Shown: positions 31,745-33,878 of the stretch, in pieces
Position numbering within the stretch: the first letter of the stretch is position 1
Layout of the letters: each line of letters opens with the position of its first letter
Origin: Candidatus Pacearchaeota archaeon
Lineage (GTDB): Archaea > Nanobdellota > Nanobdellia > Pacearchaeales > GW2011-AR1
Assembly: GCA_014728565.1 (NCBI GenBank)
Contig: WJLK01000005.1
Location: 1-33,878, forward strand
Length of the DNA: 33,878 nucleotides
Reading direction: 5' to 3'
The notes under the pieces: model-generated
What the model saw: only the letters and a program-made list of their open reading frames with translations
Told to the model about the DNA's origin: nothing
Database searches by the model: none
Translations under genes and position numbers: made by a program

Positions 31745-32017
31745 CTAAATATAGCTTATTTTAAAATCCTTAAATCCCTGATTTTTTAATTCTGAGAATT
31801 CAATTTCTTTTACACTTGCAAATTTTGGACCTTTTTCACATATCTTCAGGATTTCATTAACCCCCTCATCTTTGCCTTCAGCTACAACCTCTACTCTTCC
31901 ATCATCAAGATTTCTCACAAAACCCTTAATACTTAGCTTATCTGCATTTTCCTTTACAAACTGTCTGAAGGTAACTCCCTGCACATTTCCTGATATTTTT
32001 ATTTTTAGGGTTTTCAT
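31745..32017 (-). CDS. acyP: Acylphosphatase
   Basis: 90 aa. ISGNVQGVTFRQFV and GFVRNLDDGRVEVVAEG are the acylphosphatase signatures. Confidence 0.85.
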   Translation of the reverse strand: MKTLKIKISGNVQGVTFRQFVKENADKLSIKGFVRNLDDGRVEVVAEGKDEGVNEILKICEKGPKFASVKEIEFSELKNQGFKDFKISYI

Positions 32018-32070
32018 TATTTTATAAATACATTTTCTGGTTTTTAATTCTTTTTATCAAGAAAAGAATA

Positions 32071-32652
32071 TTAACTTTCCTCCCTTAAATCCAATTCATT
32101 ATTAACTATAATAAATGCCTGAGATGCAAAATAAGTCTTTTTTCCTATGCTTATTTTATTAAAACCTTTGATTTCTTTTCTAGGCAAACCTTCATGATCT
32201 CCTATAACAAACACAGAATTTTCCAACTGAGAATTTTCTGATTCTCTGATGCTTCTGCCCTTTTTATCTAAAATCATTATTTCTCTGTTTTGTTCCTCAA
32301 GTTCTTTTGTTAGCTGAGAAAAACTTTTTTTCTCAATAAAACATCCTGGAAAAATCTCTTTTTTCTTATTTTCATTACACTTGTATAAAATTCTTTTAAT
32401 TAATCCAGCAATATCTTTCTTGCTTATTAGATTTTTATCTAGTTTATCTGAGATAAATTCCAGATGCCTGGGAGGACTAGGAGGACCATTGAATATTAAA
32501 TGTAAATTAACATTCTCTCGGAGTTTGTTTGATAAAAACAAACACTGTATAATAACATTGCAGACAATATCCATTCTTCCTGCTTTCATTAAATCTCTGA
32601 AATTTCCAGATGTTCTTGCTTTACTTGAATAATAAATAAATTCTCTTGCCAT
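32071..32652 (-). CDS. trmY: tRNA (pseudouridine54-N1)-methyltransferase TrmY (SPOUT, DUF358)
   Basis: 193 aa. GRMDIVCNVIIQCLFLSNKLRENVNLHLIFNGPPSPPRHLEF and VFVIGDHEGL match the archaeal TrmY pattern. Confidence 0.75.
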   Translation of the reverse strand: MAREFIYYSSKARTSGNFRDLMKAGRMDIVCNVIIQCLFLSNKLRENVNLHLIFNGPPSPPRHLEFISDKLDKNLISKKDIAGLIKRILYKCNENKKKEIFPGCFIEKKSFSQLTKELEEQNREIMILDKKGRSIRESENSQLENSVFVIGDHEGLPRKEIKGFNKISIGKKTYFASQAFIIVNNELDLREES

Positions 32653-32653
32653 G

Positions 32654-33460
32654 TTATATATTATCTAGTGGACTTTTAATATTTTTAATTGAAGCTTGGG
32701 ATATTTGTAAATATCTCTGGGTAGTTTTAATATCTGAATGACCTAATAGTTTTTGTATTATCTTAAGGTCAGTCCCCTGCTCTAATAAATGAGTTGCAAA
32801 AGAATGTCTTAGAGTATGAGGAGAGACTTTCTTTTTGATTTTAGCTTTTTTTGCTGCTAATTTGGCTATCTGCTGGATAGTTTTAATTGTTAACTTTCCT
32901 CCTCTTGATGATTGAAATAAAACATCCTCCTCTACTAATGATAAATAATTATATAGTTTTTCTTTTATAGATTCTGGAATCTTGACAAATCTGTCTTTTT
33001 TCCCTTTTGCAAGTCTTATGTGTATTAAATTTTCAGAAAAAAGTATATCCTGTTTTTTTAAATTAGTTACTTCACTAACTCTTAAACCACATCCATATAA
33101 TATTTTTAGTATTAATTTATGTTTCATATTTGTTAAAGAATTAATCATATTTTTGATTTCATCTTTTGTTAATATGTCTGGGATTGTTTTGTTTCTTTTT
33201 GGATGAGGAATATTAATTTTTTGATTTAAAATCTTATCAAAAAAGAAAGTAATGATACTGATGCTATGAGAAATTGTTGTTGGGCTTTTCTTAGACTCTA
33301 ATTGATTAAGAAGGTATTCCCTAGCTGTGTTTTCATTTATTCCTCTATTTTTAGAATAATTAAGAAATTTATTAGTCTCAAATAAATAAGATTTTATTGT
33401 TTTTTGTGAAAAATCCCTTAATTTTAGTTCTTCTTGGAGTTTTGATAATAAAGCATCCAT
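32654..33460 (-). CDS. xerA: Tyrosine recombinase XerA-like
   Basis: GCGLRVSEV, HTLRHSFATHLLEQGTDLKIIQKLLGHSDIKTTQRYLQ cover the R...HxxR...H...Y catalytic set. The track start at 33523 is TTG; ATG 33460 (MDALLSKLQEEL) gives a typical N-terminus. Confidence 0.85.
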   Translation of the reverse strand: MDALLSKLQEELKLRDFSQKTIKSYLFETNKFLNYSKNRGINENTAREYLLNQLESKKSPTTISHSISIITFFFDKILNQKINIPHPKRNKTIPDILTKDEIKNMINSLTNMKHKLILKILYGCGLRVSEVTNLKKQDILFSENLIHIRLAKGKKDRFVKIPESIKEKLYNYLSLVEEDVLFQSSRGGKLTIKTIQQIAKLAAKKAKIKKKVSPHTLRHSFATHLLEQGTDLKIIQKLLGHSDIKTTQRYLQISQASIKNIKSPLDNI

Positions 33461-33617
33461 TATCTGCAAAAAGTAAAGGATAATATAAAAAACTTCTCTT
33501 TTTATATCTAATAGAGACGGCAAACGAAATTTACTTCGTATGCCGTTATGTTAATTGCAATCTGCCTCTGCCCGCTGAAACAAAAACTTTTAAATAACAT
33601 AGAAATAATATAACACT

Positions 33618-33878
33618 ATGCTTCAAAAAATAGGTGATTTTTACAAGGAACATAAGATTTTGTCCAGTTTTCTTATCATATTTTTATTAACAATTATACT
33701 TTTACCTGTTGCGTGGTTTTATTTTCTTATTGTTTATAGTTATGTTTTAAGTATGTGGCTTTTAGCGCCAATTATTATTCTTTCATTGTTAATAACCATG
33801 TTTCTTATTAACTTGAATTTTTTCAAAACCTTTTTTCAAAAACATAAGATTCTTGCTGTTATTTCAGTGCCTGTTTTC
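33618..33878 (+). CDS. 5' part of a membrane protein running off the window
   Basis: ATG at 33618, open for 87 codons to the window end: MLQKIGDFYKEHKILSSFLIIFLLTIILLPVAWFYFLIVYSYVLSMWLLAPIIILSLLITMFLINL... with at least 2 TM helices. TATA-like ttttaaata lies about 30 nt upstream. Confidence 0.5.
   Translation, partial: MLQKIGDFYKEHKILSSFLIIFLLTIILLPVAWFYFLIVYSYVLSMWLLAPIIILSLLITMFLINLNFFKTFFQKHKILAVISVPVF

Noticed and set aside
1487-33206. About 30 ORFs of 60-105 aa in the track that lie antisense to, or nested inside, the long ORFs (e.g. 1487-1711, 3597-3812, 6939-7139, 8331-8567, 11462-11749, 17573-17794, 18041-18259, 20446-20721, 30610-30927, 32982-33206)
   Set aside because: Each is fully contained in a longer ORF with recognisable motifs or clear paralogy. 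Their translations are low-complexity Leu/Phe/Ile/Ser strings typical of shadow frames in AT-rich DNA.
169-33460. The island as an integrated provirus or genomic island bounded by the XerA-like recombinase and the Zot-like ATPase
   Set aside because: The recombinase sits in a tight housekeeping operon (trmY, acyP, lysS). PCNA, primase and hjc lie between it and the island. I saw no flanking att-like direct repeats or a tRNA target.
33470-33512. AT-rich inverted repeat atataaaaa-N7-tttttatat just upstream of xerA, considered as a dif-like Xer site
   Set aside because: The arms are pure A/T and sit where the xerA TATA box is expected (~30 nt before ATG 33460). I cannot distinguish it from a promoter, and I do not trust my memory of the archaeal dif consensus enough to call it.
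33519-33580. GC-richer intergenic patch with a 10-bp stem (one mismatch) hairpin, ggcaaacgaa-atttac-ttcgtatgcc, considered as a small RNA
   Set aside because: There are no C/D-box (TGATGA/CTGA pairs) or tRNA-like features, and it is only about 60 nt. It could equally be a 5' UTR or terminator element of the divergent genes.
1-33878. tRNA, rRNA or other structured RNA genes
   Set aside because: All intergenic gaps are short and AT-rich. None has the length or GC content of a tRNA or rRNA, and I could not fold a cloverleaf anywhere. A tRNAscan/Infernal run would be the definitive check.

Overview
AT-rich (roughly 30% GC by eye, not computed), tightly packed archaeal fragment. PCNA, a fused archaeo-eukaryotic primase, Hjc, TrmY, XerA, a PAC2-family protein and many class III (prepilin-like) signal peptides suggest a DPANN-type genome (inference). 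Housekeeping genes flank both sides: a bacterial-type metK on the left; pcn, primase, hjc, class II lysS, acyP, trmY and xerA on the right. The centre (2224-19673, all minus strand) is a ~17.5-kb island. It is headed by a 62-aa winged-helix protein and encodes eight prepilin-like proteins, three very large cysteine-rich surface proteins, a cysteine-free secreted protein and a Tat-signal protein. I cannot assign any of these to a named family. Part of the island is a duplicated module: one 1165-1173-aa gene equals the next Cys-rich gene plus the following membrane/Ig-like gene, a fusion/fission pair. Cassette boundaries carry a conserved palindromic leader motif with a compensatory substitution, perfect 30-bp and 39-bp repeats, and an apparent ATG-to-ATA start-codon loss. 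No pilus ATPase, platform protein or prepilin peptidase lies in the window; the only nearby NTPase is a Zot/pI-like P-loop protein at 169-969. I found no rRNA, tRNA, CRISPR array, transposase or reverse transcriptase. All homology calls come from reading motifs, not from database searches.
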